Assembly: GCA_963723285.1 (NCBI GenBank)
Contig: CAVRQD010000006.1
Location: 14,196-78,195 of the forward strand
DNA: 64,000 bases
Reading direction: 5' to 3'
From: an uncultured Alphaproteobacteria bacterium
GTDB taxonomy: Bacteria; Pseudomonadota; Alphaproteobacteria; Rhizobiales; Beijerinckiaceae
Each line of letters begins with the position of its first letter. The stretch's first letter is position 1. Made by a program: the position numbers and the translations under genes. Positions 8,457-17,973 of the stretch are shown piece by piece. The notes below the pieces were generated by a model. That model was not told the DNA's origin. It saw only the letters and a list, made by a program, of their open reading frames with translations, and did no database searches.

Positions 8457-9833
8457 ATGACTGACCCCGCCGTCACCCGCCCGGCCGCCGACCTGCCGGT
8501 CGCGCCGCTCGGGCCGAGCGACCAGACGGAATATAATGTTGTGATCGTGGGCGGCGGCGCCGCCGGGCTGGAGCTCGCGTCGCAGCTTGGCGACCGCTTC
8601 CGCCGCACCAAGGCCGGCCGTGTCACCCTGATCGACCGGGTACGGACGCATTTGTGGAAGCCGCTGCTCCATTCCGTCGCGGCCGGCAGCATGGACCCGA
8701 GCGAGCACGAACTCGATTATCTCGCCCAGGCCTATTGGCACAATTTCCGTTATCGCTTCGGTGAAATGATCGGCATCGACCGAGAGCGCAAGCTGGTCCT
8801 GATGGCGCCCACCTATGACGAGGAAGACCGGCTCATCACTCCGGCGCGCAGCATTCCCTACGATACGCTTGTCGTCGCGATCGGCAGCATCACCAACGAT
8901 TTCGGCACGCCCGGCGTCGCCGAATTCGCCGTGCCGTTAGAGACGACCGAGCAGGCCAAGCGGTTCAACCGCCGGCTCATCAACGCCTGTCTGCGCGCCC
9001 ATACGCAGGCGGAGCCGATCCGGCCCGGCCAGCTCCACGTCGCCATTGTCGGCGCCGGCGCGACCGGTACCGAACTGGCCGCCGAGCTGTACCGCACGGT
9101 GCGCGAAGTGATCGCCTTCGGCATGGACCGGATCGACCCCTCGATCGATATCCGCATCATCCTGCTTGAAGCGGGCCCGCGCATCCTGCCGGCCCTGCCG
9201 GAAGCGCTCGCCCAATCGACCGTAGAGACGCTGAAGGGCCTTGGCGTCGAGGTGCGCACCAACGCGCGGGTTTCGGCCGTCCAGGCCGACGGAATCCGCC
9301 TCGCGTCGGGCGATTTCATCCCCTCGGAACTCGTCGTCTGGGCGGCGGGCGTCAAGGCGCCGGATGTGCTGAAGGATATCGGCGGCCTCGAGACCAACAG
9401 GATCAACCAGCTCGTCGTGAAGCAGACCTTGCAGACGACGCGCGACCCGGACATTTTCGCGATGGGCGATTGTGCCGCCTGTCCGCTCGATGACACCGGT
9501 GCGACCGTGCCGCCCCGCGCCCAGGCGGCGCATCAGGAGGCGAGCCACCTGCTGAAACAAATCCCGCGGCACATGCAGGGCAAGCCGCTGGAACCCTATC
9601 ATTATCGCGACTTCGGCTCGCTTGTGTCGCTCGGCAAATACAGCACGGTCGGCAATTTGATGGGCTTCATCATCGGCCGCAACTTCCGCGTCGAGGGTCT
9701 TTTCGCGCGGCTGATGTACCGTTCGCTTTACAAGATGCACGAATATGCGCTGCACGGCGGGCGCTGGATATTCTTCGCGATCCTGGCGCGCGGCCTTTCC
9801 CGCCGCGCCGAGCCGGAAGTGAAGCTCCACTGA
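8457..9833 (+). CDS. ndh: Type II NADH dehydrogenase (FAD-dependent oxidoreductase)
   Basis: VIVGGGAAGL and AIVGAGATGTELA dinucleotide folds, WKPLLH, FAMGDCA, PPRAQAAHQ. Confidence 0.9.
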   Translation: MTDPAVTRPAADLPVAPLGPSDQTEYNVVIVGGGAAGLELASQLGDRFRRTKAGRVTLIDRVRTHLWKPLLHSVAAGSMDPSEHELDYLAQAYWHNFRYRFGEMIGIDRERKLVLMAPTYDEEDRLITPARSIPYDTLVVAIGSITNDFGTPGVAEFAVPLETTEQAKRFNRRLINACLRAHTQAEPIRPGQLHVAIVGAGATGTELAAELYRTVREVIAFGMDRIDPSIDIRIILLEAGPRILPALPEALAQSTVETLKGLGVEVRTNARVSAVQADGIRLASGDFIPSELVVWAAGVKAPDVLKDIGGLETNRINQLVVKQTLQTTRDPDIFAMGDCAACPLDDTGATVPPRAQAAHQEASHLLKQIPRHMQGKPLEPYHYRDFGSLVSLGKYSTVGNLMGFIIGRNFRVEGLFARLMYRSLYKMHEYALHGGRWIFFAILARGLSRRAEPEVKLH

Positions 9834-9882
9834 TCGCGGGCCGAAGAGTGCGCAGCGGTTTGCGGATAAATTTGATGCGATA
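9831..9882. repeat. Degenerate copy of a Rhizobiales-type palindromic intergenic element
   Basis: Core AAGAGTG-N5-CGGTT at 9844-9860, shared with the copies at 20799, 28127 and 44640. Confidence 0.55.
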
Positions 9883-9939
9883 GGAAAAGTCTGAGAGTGC
9901 CCGATATCCCAAATGTAGACCTCGGGCGCTCTAGATACC

Positions 9940-11424
9940 TTATTCCGCGGCGACAGCGCCTTGGTTGTCGCCGGTCTCGCAACTGATCGGCGCCGGCTCG
10001 AGATGCGACGTCTCGGGATCGGGCGCTCCGGCGGCTTCGAGCACGGCCATGCGCCATTCTTTCTTGATCGGCAACAGCGGCGGCATCGGCGCGACGGACG
10101 GATCGGCCGTTGGCGGGGCGATCGAATCGATATGATCGGTCTTGGCCGCCTTGCGCATGAAGGCGTTATAGACCGCCCATTGCGCCTTATGCCGCCTGTC
10201 CTTCCACGGGAAGCGCCGGGCCATCGACGGCAGCGCGTAGAAATTCTCATAGGCCCGCGCGTGGCCGACGCGCAACTCGTCCGGCTCCATCTGCGCCGGC
10301 ATATAAGTGACATGGCCCTGATCGTACATCGTCCAGTCATAGGAGACGATGCGATTGGCCTTGCGCAGCTCGTACCAGGTCAAGGTGCCGGGATACGGCG
10401 TGAGCACTGAATAGGCGCAGGCGTCGTAATTCGCTTCGACGTTGAATTTCACCGTCTCGTCGAAGACGTCGAGATCGTCGCCGTCGAAGCCGAACATGAA
10501 CAGGCCGAAGACCATGATGCCGTAGGAATGCACCTTCTCGACGAGCTCCGCGAACTGGTCGGGCCGGTTGACGTGCTTATGCACGCTGGTGAGCGTCGAG
10601 CGCGAGATCGATTCGAAGCCGATGCTGAGCAGGGTGCAGCCGCTTTCGGCTGCGAGTTCGAGCATCTCATCGTCCTGTGCGAGCTTCGAGGTGACGCCCG
10701 CCTGCCATTGGATGCCGCGGCCCTTGAGTGCGCGCATCACTTCCTTCGGCCGCTCCGGCGTGCCGAAGAAGTCGGCATCGTTGATGGAGATGGTGCGTTC
10801 GCCGCATTCCTCCATCTCGCGGATCACTTCATCGACGGGGCGATAGCGGAACTTGAGGCCGTTCATCAGCGGCTCGGCGCAGAAGGTACAGCCCTGATGG
10901 CAGCCGCGTGAGGTCTGGACGAAGGTGCGATTGACGTAGCGGTTCTTTTTCAAGAGGTCGTAGCGCGGCATCGCCATGCCGACCATCGGGTGCAAGCCAG
11001 GCGCCCGATAGGTGCCACGCATTTCGCCGCTCTTCAGATCGTCGAGCAGCTTGCCCATGATGAGTTCGACTTCACCGATGACGACGGCATCGCAGTGCTG
11101 CAGCGCCTCTTTCGGCATGAAGCTCGGATGCACGCCGCCCATGACCACCGGCACGCCTTTGGCGCGAAACTTGTCGGCGATCTCGTAGCCGCGGTTCACA
11201 TAGCTCGTCATCGCCGAAATGCCGACGAGATCGCATTCGATGTCGAAGTCGATTGTCTCGATATTCTCGTCGGTCAGGATCACCTCATATTGATCGCGCG
11301 GGATGCACGCGGCCACGGCCAACAAACCGGCGAGCGGTGAATAGAGGGCGCGGTTGAAATAGATCGGCCGCGTGGTCAGCGAATCTGTCTTGGGGTTGAT
11401 GAGGTGAATGACACGTGAGCGCAA
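9940..11424 (-). CDS. Cobalamin-binding (class B) radical SAM protein, substrate unknown
   Basis: N-terminal B12-binding domain (GGVHPS, VVIGEVE), SRGCHQGCTFC CxxxCxxC motif, TPYPGT; TTG start with RBS GGAGG. Confidence 0.9.
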   Translation of the reverse strand: MRSRVIHLINPKTDSLTTRPIYFNRALYSPLAGLLAVAACIPRDQYEVILTDENIETIDFDIECDLVGISAMTSYVNRGYEIADKFRAKGVPVVMGGVHPSFMPKEALQHCDAVVIGEVELIMGKLLDDLKSGEMRGTYRAPGLHPMVGMAMPRYDLLKKNRYVNRTFVQTSRGCHQGCTFCAEPLMNGLKFRYRPVDEVIREMEECGERTISINDADFFGTPERPKEVMRALKGRGIQWQAGVTSKLAQDDEMLELAAESGCTLLSIGFESISRSTLTSVHKHVNRPDQFAELVEKVHSYGIMVFGLFMFGFDGDDLDVFDETVKFNVEANYDACAYSVLTPYPGTLTWYELRKANRIVSYDWTMYDQGHVTYMPAQMEPDELRVGHARAYENFYALPSMARRFPWKDRRHKAQWAVYNAFMRKAAKTDHIDSIAPPTADPSVAPMPPLLPIKKEWRMAVLEAAGAPDPETSHLEPAPISCETGDNQGAVAAE

Positions 11425-11721
11425 GTGGCCCTCCCCGGCTCGACTGGATCGAAACGCAAGCCTAACACGAAGTTAGTGTTTTGCCTGCCAAATTCGGCGA
11501 GGTCAACGTCCCCGCCGCGGAACAGCATTTGTGCAGCCTCTGGCTTGGCCTGCATAGGGCCCTATCCGTAACCATGCTCTCCGTTCGGATAGGCCTTCCC
11601 TTGGGCGTGGCGGTAAGGTCCGTATGGCGTTATGATCGCCCAATCATAAGCAAGCAATTTTTCGGCCGCATGGGATGTGGCGTTCAGTCTGATCGCGTGC
11701 GGCTCTTCATGGGAGGACGAC

Positions 11722-12138
11722 ATGAACGCGCGGACGTTTTTCATAGTCCAAGCCGTTATTGCAATTCTTTATGCGCTCGGGTTCTTGATCGTGCCGCGCG
11801 CCGTAAGCCATCTTTACGGGGTCACATCCGGACCTGCGGCGATCCTCGCCTTCCGCTATTTCGGCGTGACCTTGCTTGGCATCGGCCTCATTTTCTGGCT
11901 CGCCAAAGATGTGAAGGACGATGCGGCGCGCAAAGCCATTCTTGGCGGCGCCGGCATTGCCAACCAGATCGGCCTCGTGGTCACGCTTTGGGGCACGGCC
12001 TCCGGCATCATGAACTGGCTCGGCTGGACTATCGTCCTCCTCTATATCCTGCTGGCCGCCGGCTGCTTCTATTTTCGCGATGACAGGGTTCTGACCTTGG
12101 ATTCATTGCCGCTCAATGCGCTACGCCGCAGACCCTGA
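11722..12138 (+). CDS. Small four-TM membrane protein of unknown function
   Basis: RBS GGGAGG, ATG at 11722, four hydrophobic segments. Confidence 0.75.
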   Translation: MNARTFFIVQAVIAILYALGFLIVPRAVSHLYGVTSGPAAILAFRYFGVTLLGIGLIFWLAKDVKDDAARKAILGGAGIANQIGLVVTLWGTASGIMNWLGWTIVLLYILLAAGCFYFRDDRVLTLDSLPLNALRRRP

Positions 12139-12144
12139 GTCCCG

Positions 12145-13107
12145 CTATTTGGCCTGCCTGTTCAAGAAGCCGATGACGAGCTGCGCGATCTCGTCCACTT
12201 TCTCGTCGAGAGCGAAGTGGCCGGCGTCGAGCAAATGTAGCTCCGCGTCCGGCATGTCGCGCTTGTAAGCCTCAGCCCCTGGCACGATGAACGATGGATC
12301 GTAGCGTCCCCAGAGGATGAGTGTCGGCGGCTTACGCTCGCGAAGCCACGCTTGCCATTTCGGGTAAGAGGCGACGTTGGTCCGATAGTCGTAGAGCAGG
12401 TCCGCTTGGATCTCACGCTCGCCCGGCCGCGAGAGAATCGCATATTCGTCGGTCCATGTATTTGGGTCGTAGCGCTCAGGGTTGGGGCTGCCTGCGATAT
12501 GACGCAGTTTGGCGCCTTCGAGCGAGGTGAAGGGATCGACCTGCTCGGGATGCGCCTTGGGATCGGCCCAATATTTCGCGATGCCGGTCCATTTGGCGCC
12601 AAGACCTTCTTCGTAGGCGTTGGCGTTTTGGATCACCAGGGCCCGCAGCCGCTCGGGATGCGCCAGCATGATGCGGAAGCCGACCGGGCCGCCATAATCC
12701 TGGAGATAGAAACTATAGCGATCGATGCCGATCTGTTCGAGAAGCGCGTTGATGGTCTCGGCGAGATGATCGAAAGTGTAGGCATAGCGTGAAGGCGGCG
12801 GCGCGTCGCTCTGGCCGAAGCCCGGATAGTCGGGCGCGATCAGATGATAGCGAACCGCCAGCAACGGGATCAGCGATTCGAACATCCGCGACGACGACGG
12901 ATAGCCGTGCAGGAGCACGATCGTGGGCGCGTCTTTCGGGCCTGCCTCGCGGTAGAAGATTCCAATGCCGTCGACCTCGACGCGATGATAGGTTATCGTC
13001 GCAGATGTCGATGGCAGAGGCGCGGCTTGTGCACCCTGGCCGGTGCCAAGTGCGAGGATGGCAGAAAGAAGGGCTCTGACTTTCACGTTCTTGCTCCTTT
13101 GCGTCAT
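12145..13107 (-). CDS. Alpha/beta hydrolase (epoxide hydrolase/haloalkane dehalogenase-like)
   Basis: LLHGYPSS, PDYPGFG, QDYGGPVG nucleophile elbow, GHFALDE; possible signal peptide. Confidence 0.9.
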   Translation of the reverse strand: MTQRSKNVKVRALLSAILALGTGQGAQAAPLPSTSATITYHRVEVDGIGIFYREAGPKDAPTIVLLHGYPSSSRMFESLIPLLAVRYHLIAPDYPGFGQSDAPPPSRYAYTFDHLAETINALLEQIGIDRYSFYLQDYGGPVGFRIMLAHPERLRALVIQNANAYEEGLGAKWTGIAKYWADPKAHPEQVDPFTSLEGAKLRHIAGSPNPERYDPNTWTDEYAILSRPGEREIQADLLYDYRTNVASYPKWQAWLRERKPPTLILWGRYDPSFIVPGAEAYKRDMPDAELHLLDAGHFALDEKVDEIAQLVIGFLNRQAK

Positions 13108-13148
13108 CGCATCGGATCTGTCCGGAAGCCGCTGCGCGCTCCGATGCT

Positions 13149-14219
13149 TTAGACAGCCTGCAATTCGGCGATCAATGCGTTCATCAGTCTTTCGACCGGG
13201 AGCGCGCGGGCCAACGGGGCGCCCTGGCCTGCCCATTGGGCGCCGTAGCCGAAGTCGCCTTTGGCTTTCGCCGCAGCGTTGAGGGCTTTGCCGGCATCAT
13301 AGGCGATCGGATAGTCGGGAACCTCGTCCGGCCTCGCGGACGCGCCAAAACCCGTGAAACGATTTGCAAGACAGCGCGCCGGACGCCCGGAAATAATGCG
13401 GGTCATGATTGTGCGCTGAGCGGCGTCGCTGAATAGAGCGGCACGATGCCCGGCATCCGCGGCGGATTCATCGGTGGGCACGAATGCCGTGCCGAGCTGG
13501 GCGGCGCTCGCGCCGAGCCGGAGCGCGGCGGCAATGCCGGCGCCATCCATAATGCCCCCCGCCGCGATCACGGGAATATCGAGTTCCTGCGCGAGGAGCC
13601 GCGTCAGCGCCATCGTGCCGAGCTGTGCATCTTCTCCATTCGGATCGAAAATCCCCCGATGACCGCCGGCCTCGAAGCCTTGCGCCACCACCGCATGAAC
13701 GCCCGCCGCCGTGATCAGGCGCGCTTCGTGTAGATGGGTCGCGGTGGCGAGAAGGACGATGCCCGCTTCGCGCAAAGCCGCAATCCATTCGCCGCGCGGC
13801 AGACCGAAGTGAAAGCTGACCACGCACGGCTTTGCCGCGAGCAAGGTGCGGAGCATATCTTCGTTTTCGAGAAAGCTCGCATAAGGCTCGGCGATGGCGG
13901 CGGGGGGCGACGCGCCAAACTTCTCGAACTCGGGCCGCAGACGCTCCAGCCACGCTTGCTGACGCGCGAGATCGATTTTCGCGGGGCGGTGACAAAAGAG
14001 ATTGACGTTGAGCGCCCGGTTCGAGCGCGCTCGCACTGCGGAGATCATGTCGCCGGCTGCGGAAGCGGTCAGAGCGCCGACGCCGATCGAGCCCAGTCCT
14101 CCGGCATTGGACACCGCAGCGGCCATGACCGGCGTCGATGTCCCGGCCATGGGCGCCTGGATAATCGGCCAATCGATCTTCAGGAGTTCAAGGAGATTTT
14201 GCGGGCGGGACGGCGTCAT
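13149..14219 (-). CDS. Nitronate monooxygenase family FMN enzyme
   Basis: PIIQAPMAG, VSFHFGLP, AQGFEAGGHRG, VIAAGGIMDG, AQLGTAF. Confidence 0.93.
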   Translation of the reverse strand: MTPSRPQNLLELLKIDWPIIQAPMAGTSTPVMAAAVSNAGGLGSIGVGALTASAAGDMISAVRARSNRALNVNLFCHRPAKIDLARQQAWLERLRPEFEKFGASPPAAIAEPYASFLENEDMLRTLLAAKPCVVSFHFGLPRGEWIAALREAGIVLLATATHLHEARLITAAGVHAVVAQGFEAGGHRGIFDPNGEDAQLGTMALTRLLAQELDIPVIAAGGIMDGAGIAAALRLGASAAQLGTAFVPTDESAADAGHRAALFSDAAQRTIMTRIISGRPARCLANRFTGFGASARPDEVPDYPIAYDAGKALNAAAKAKGDFGYGAQWAGQGAPLARALPVERLMNALIAELQAV

Positions 14220-15467
14220 GGCACGCTCTCGTAGTTTTCGCTGCTGTCCAGAAGTTCACGCCGCGCGCCGTTCGCGGCAAGGGCTGCGATAAGATCGACG
14301 GCAAGCGCAAGCAGCACGGCTGTGGCGCCGGTCACGAACAGCAGGGGGTAATCGCCGCCGCTGCGCGCGAAGACGAAGGACATTCCATAGGCCGCGCCGG
14401 CCTGCAAGATGGCGAAACTCGCGGCCGCGGCACTCCAGGCCGCCTTCTGCGCGTCAGGATGATGCGGCAGCAATTCATGCACGCGGCCCAGAACCAAAGG
14501 CACGATGCCGGGCGTGAAGGCGCCGACGACGAGGCTCGAAAGGATAAGCGACCATGGCCCGAGATGCAGCGCCGGCAGCACGACGGCGCCGGCCTGGAGC
14601 AGATAAGCGAGACGTAGGGCGGCCCTGAAGCCGATACGATCGCCGAGATGGCCGCTGAGCAGCGGCCCGGCCATGGCGCCAAGGCCGAACAATACCCAAT
14701 AATGTGCGCCGGTCTGCAAGCCTTGGCCGAGCCCGCGCGCGATGAAATCGACGAGGAAGAGCATGTGCGGCACGAGTTCCGGCGGCATTGAGCGCATATT
14801 CGAGATAGAGCGCACGCAGCGTCGCGGTTTGCTTGGCAGGTGCATGCGTCGCGTGCGCTGCAGGTGGCAGGGCGTGTCTCGGCCAGCCGCCCCAGGCGAA
14901 GAGCGTCAGCAGGCAGGACAGGGCGCCGAGTCCGAGCCATGTCTGCGTCAGGCCCTGCCGCAGCAGCAGCGGCACCAGCGTCCCCGATGCGGCGATGCCG
15001 AGCCCGACCCCCATGAAAATGAGGCCGCCGGCAAAGCCGCGACGCGATGCGGGGACGAGCGGCAGAACCGTCGGCGCGGCCAGCACCATCAGCGCCCCGC
15101 CGCTGAGGCCCGCGATAAACCGCCAGATAAAAAACCAGAGAAACGAAACGGGATGCGCGCAGGCGAAGAAGGCCGCTGTCGCGAGCGCCATCGTCAGCCG
15201 CAGGATGAGCGGCGTGGCAAAGCGCGCGGCGAGCGGCCGGCCGAGCAGGGCGCCGGCGAGATAGCCGGCGAGATTGGCGGCGCCGAGATAGGCTGCCGCC
15301 GAGGCCGCGAACCAATGCGCCCCGATGATCGCCGGCAGGAGCGGCGTATAGGCGAAGCGCGCCAGCCCGATGCCAACGAGGCTGGCGCAAAAGGCCGATA
15401 TTGTCGCCCGCCAAGGCACTCTGCCCGGCGCGCGGCTCTCTTCGCGGCGGGCCGCTGCTCCGTGCAT
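14216..15467 (-). pseudogene. YbfB/YjiJ-family MFS transporter split by a +1 frameshift near 14777
   Basis: N-terminal half GIGLARFAYTPLLP...YALNAAG is in one frame. C-terminal half LVPHMLFLVDFIARG... is in another. Removing one base at 14777-14778 restores ...NAAG-LVPHM.... Confidence 0.85.
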
Positions 15468-15547
15468 CGTGTCCTCTGAATCCCGGTTGACGACATTAAA
15501 GTACGCGCCTAGGCTCATCATTAGAAATGAATGTTTGTGATAATACA

Positions 15548-15564
15548 TATCTCTTTATAAGATA
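15548..15564. promoter_or_regulatory. LysR recognition site TATCT-N7-AGATA (T-N11-A core)
   Basis: Inverted repeat in the divergent MFS/LysR intergenic region. Confidence 0.55.
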
Positions 15565-15584
15565 GCTATAGGCGTGGCAAACTC

Positions 15585-16538
15585 ATGGATATCGCGGACC
15601 TGAAAGTGTTCGAAGCTGTGGCACGCCTTGGCAGCATGAACCGCGCCGCGGCCGAGCTTCACACGGTTCAATCCAACGTGACGGCGCGCATCCGTATCCT
15701 GGAGGAAGAGCTTGGCGTCGCGCTCTTTCAGCGCCATGCGCGCGGCGTCACGGCGACCCCGGCCGGCCAGCGTCTGATGCCCTTCGTCGGGCGCATCGCC
15801 AAGCTCCTTGCCGATGCCGAAGCCGCCACGAAAGACGAGGGCGTGCCGAATGGCGCGCTGCGCGTCGGCAGCATGGAGACGACCGCCGCGCTGCGCTTAT
15901 CGCCGCTGCTCAGCCAATTCGCCAATGCCTATCCCAAGGTTCGCCTTGCGCTGATGACCGGGACGACAGCGCGTCTCTTGGATGATGTCATTGAAGGCCG
16001 GGTCGAGGGCGCCTTCGTCGCTGGGCCTGTTAGCCATCCCGATCTGCATCAGGAGACGATCTTTCGCGAAGAGCTTGTCCTGGTGACGGCGCGCAACGTG
16101 GCCGCGCTCCGCGATTTGGCGAAGATCGCCGATCTTCGGACGATCGTCTTCCAGCTCGGTTGCTCTTATCGTCAGAGGCTCGAAGCCGTTTTGGCCGATT
16201 TGGGAATCGCCGTTGCCAAGCCGATGGAATTCGGGTCGCTCGACGCGATCATCGCTTGCGTCGCGGCCGGCGTCGGCGTGACGCTGCTGCCGAAGGGCGT
16301 GGTGGCAGCGGCCTCGCAGGCAGGCAAGATCGCCATACATGAACTGCCGCCAAAACGTGCGCGGGCCGAGACGCTCTTCGTGCACAGGCACGATGCTTAT
16401 CTCTCAAGCGCGATGACGGCGTTTCTCGATCTTGCGCGCTCGCACTCTAGCGTCGCGCAAGATGCGCCGAGGCACAATAGATCTCCCGCCGGCTTCGAGG
16501 AAGCCAGAAAAGAAGCCGGCGCGGTTGTTGTCGGATGA
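15585..16538 (+). CDS. LysR family regulator
   Basis: [35 protein letters not shown]. Confidence 0.96.
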   Translation: MDIADLKVFEAVARLGSMNRAAAELHTVQSNVTARIRILEEELGVALFQRHARGVTATPAGQRLMPFVGRIAKLLADAEAATKDEGVPNGALRVGSMETTAALRLSPLLSQFANAYPKVRLALMTGTTARLLDDVIEGRVEGAFVAGPVSHPDLHQETIFREELVLVTARNVAALRDLAKIADLRTIVFQLGCSYRQRLEAVLADLGIAVAKPMEFGSLDAIIACVAAGVGVTLLPKGVVAAASQAGKIAIHELPPKRARAETLFVHRHDAYLSSAMTAFLDLARSHSSVAQDAPRHNRSPAGFEEARKEAGAVVVG

Positions 16539-16600
16539 AGCCACCAAGCGCGCCGGCGAGCCCGAGAACGATCCGCCCTCGAACTCCCCGGCATTCCTCA

Positions 16601-16765
16601 TCAGGTCAGATTGCTGGCGACCGCGTTGAACTTGTTCGACACGTTCGAGCCGAGCGTGGTCAGCGCTGCGATAATCACGACGGCGATGAGACCGGCGATC
16701 AGACCATATTCGATGGCCGTCGCACCGGACTGGTCCTTTAGGAAGGATAAAGCGAACTTCGTCAT
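16601..16765 (-). CDS. flp: Flp/Fap type IVb pilin (54 aa)
   Basis: Manual translation MTKFALSFLKDQSGATAIEYGLIAGLIAVVIIAALTTLGSNVSNKFNAVASNLT; G/ATAIEY prepilin motif; below the ORF-track size cutoff. Confidence 0.95.
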   Translation of the reverse strand: MTKFALSFLKDQSGATAIEYGLIAGLIAVVIIAALTTLGSNVSNKFNAVASNLT

Positions 16766-17616
16766 ATTACGCACCTATGAAACGAAATGATCCAAGCTGC
16801 TCTGCGAGCGTTAAATACTATAAAGAAAACTTCTCTGCGGTTTTCCTAATGCGACACTAGCAATGATAGAAGATGCGGTGACCTTCTATTTACTTGCCGC
16901 ATATCTCTAGAATAAACTTTCAGAGTAATTGGCTGGCTTAAGCGTCTATTCATCCTGCCGCTGCGGCAGAGACAGAAACATCAATCGCTTAAGTCAAGTT
17001 GGCATGCGCCTCGCGCATCGCGTAGGTCCGAACGCGGCATTTTGCGAAATGCTTTTGCCATTCGCATCACTTCCCTGTGAGTGATGAGAGATCGGTGGCC
17101 GATCACAAATCTTGGTTAAGATCGCTGGTGCCCTTATCCGATCGCGGGCCGCTCCGCTGGAGCGAGCATAAATTTTTGACGGAGGTCCCCTTCCTTGGCC
17201 GCAAGATAGAGCGCACGCTGGATTGAGTTTCTCGCGCGTGAAAAGCTCAAGTCGCGTGCGCGATAGCCTCGCCGCATATCCTTAGGTCATCCGAAGGGTC
17301 CGTTCGCTTTACACCGCAAGCGGCAGTATCGGCTTGCGCGGCTCGCCGCTAGATATGGCCTGGAAATTGAATCGAGAGATTTGCGAGAGATTTGATTGAA
17401 CATCTGGCGGGTGCGCGTGCATACTGCCCCCTGCGCCATTCCTGTCCATAAGCGTTGCGGTGCGTATTTTGTGCCCGGGCTCTGGGAGGCCGCCAGATCT
17501 TCCGCGGAATATTGCGTTGCTCAAAAAGAAGATCGGCTGACCTGTTACTTATGCAGCGGAGATAATCGCAGCCGGGATAATTATGGTGCGGCATTTTCAA
17601 CGAAAGGAATTTGAGA

Positions 17617-17970
17617 ATGCCTTCAGCCTATCCGATCCCTGAGGACTTGCGGGTCGCTTTCGACCATGCGCTCAATGCTTTCGATAATTGGTCTCGTGGC
17701 GCGCCCGATCCGGTCGTCACGATTGATCGCGACGCCTATTCGATCGAAACGATCTCCGATTTTGTCATGAACTTTCGAGACAGCGCGCCGAAGGCAACTT
17801 ACGATCATGTCGTCGAGCTCGCCAAAGCTTTTCGGAGCGGTCAGGAAGCCTTGGGCCAGGAATGCGCGGACCCGAAAGATCGCACGTACCAAGAGATTGG
17901 GCAGTGCCTGTTCAAGCTTTGCGCGGCGCGGCGCGACTATTTCCGCCGCGCGGTTCCGCACGCAATGTAG
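17617..17970 (+). CDS. Hypothetical protein (117 aa)
   Basis: RBS AAAGGA; globular-looking composition; no family recognised. Confidence 0.6.
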   Translation: MPSAYPIPEDLRVAFDHALNAFDNWSRGAPDPVVTIDRDAYSIETISDFVMNFRDSAPKATYDHVVELAKAFRSGQEALGQECADPKDRTYQEIGQCLFKLCAARRDYFRRAVPHAM

Positions 17971-17973
17971 GTC

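Noticed and set aside
11425-11721. Cobalamin riboswitch ahead of the B12 radical SAM gene
   Set aside because: No B12-box or GGGAA/GCCACUG elements were recognised.
17309-17614. Overlapping 70-80-aa ORFs
   Set aside because: Mutually overlapping, with no RBS or recognisable motifs.
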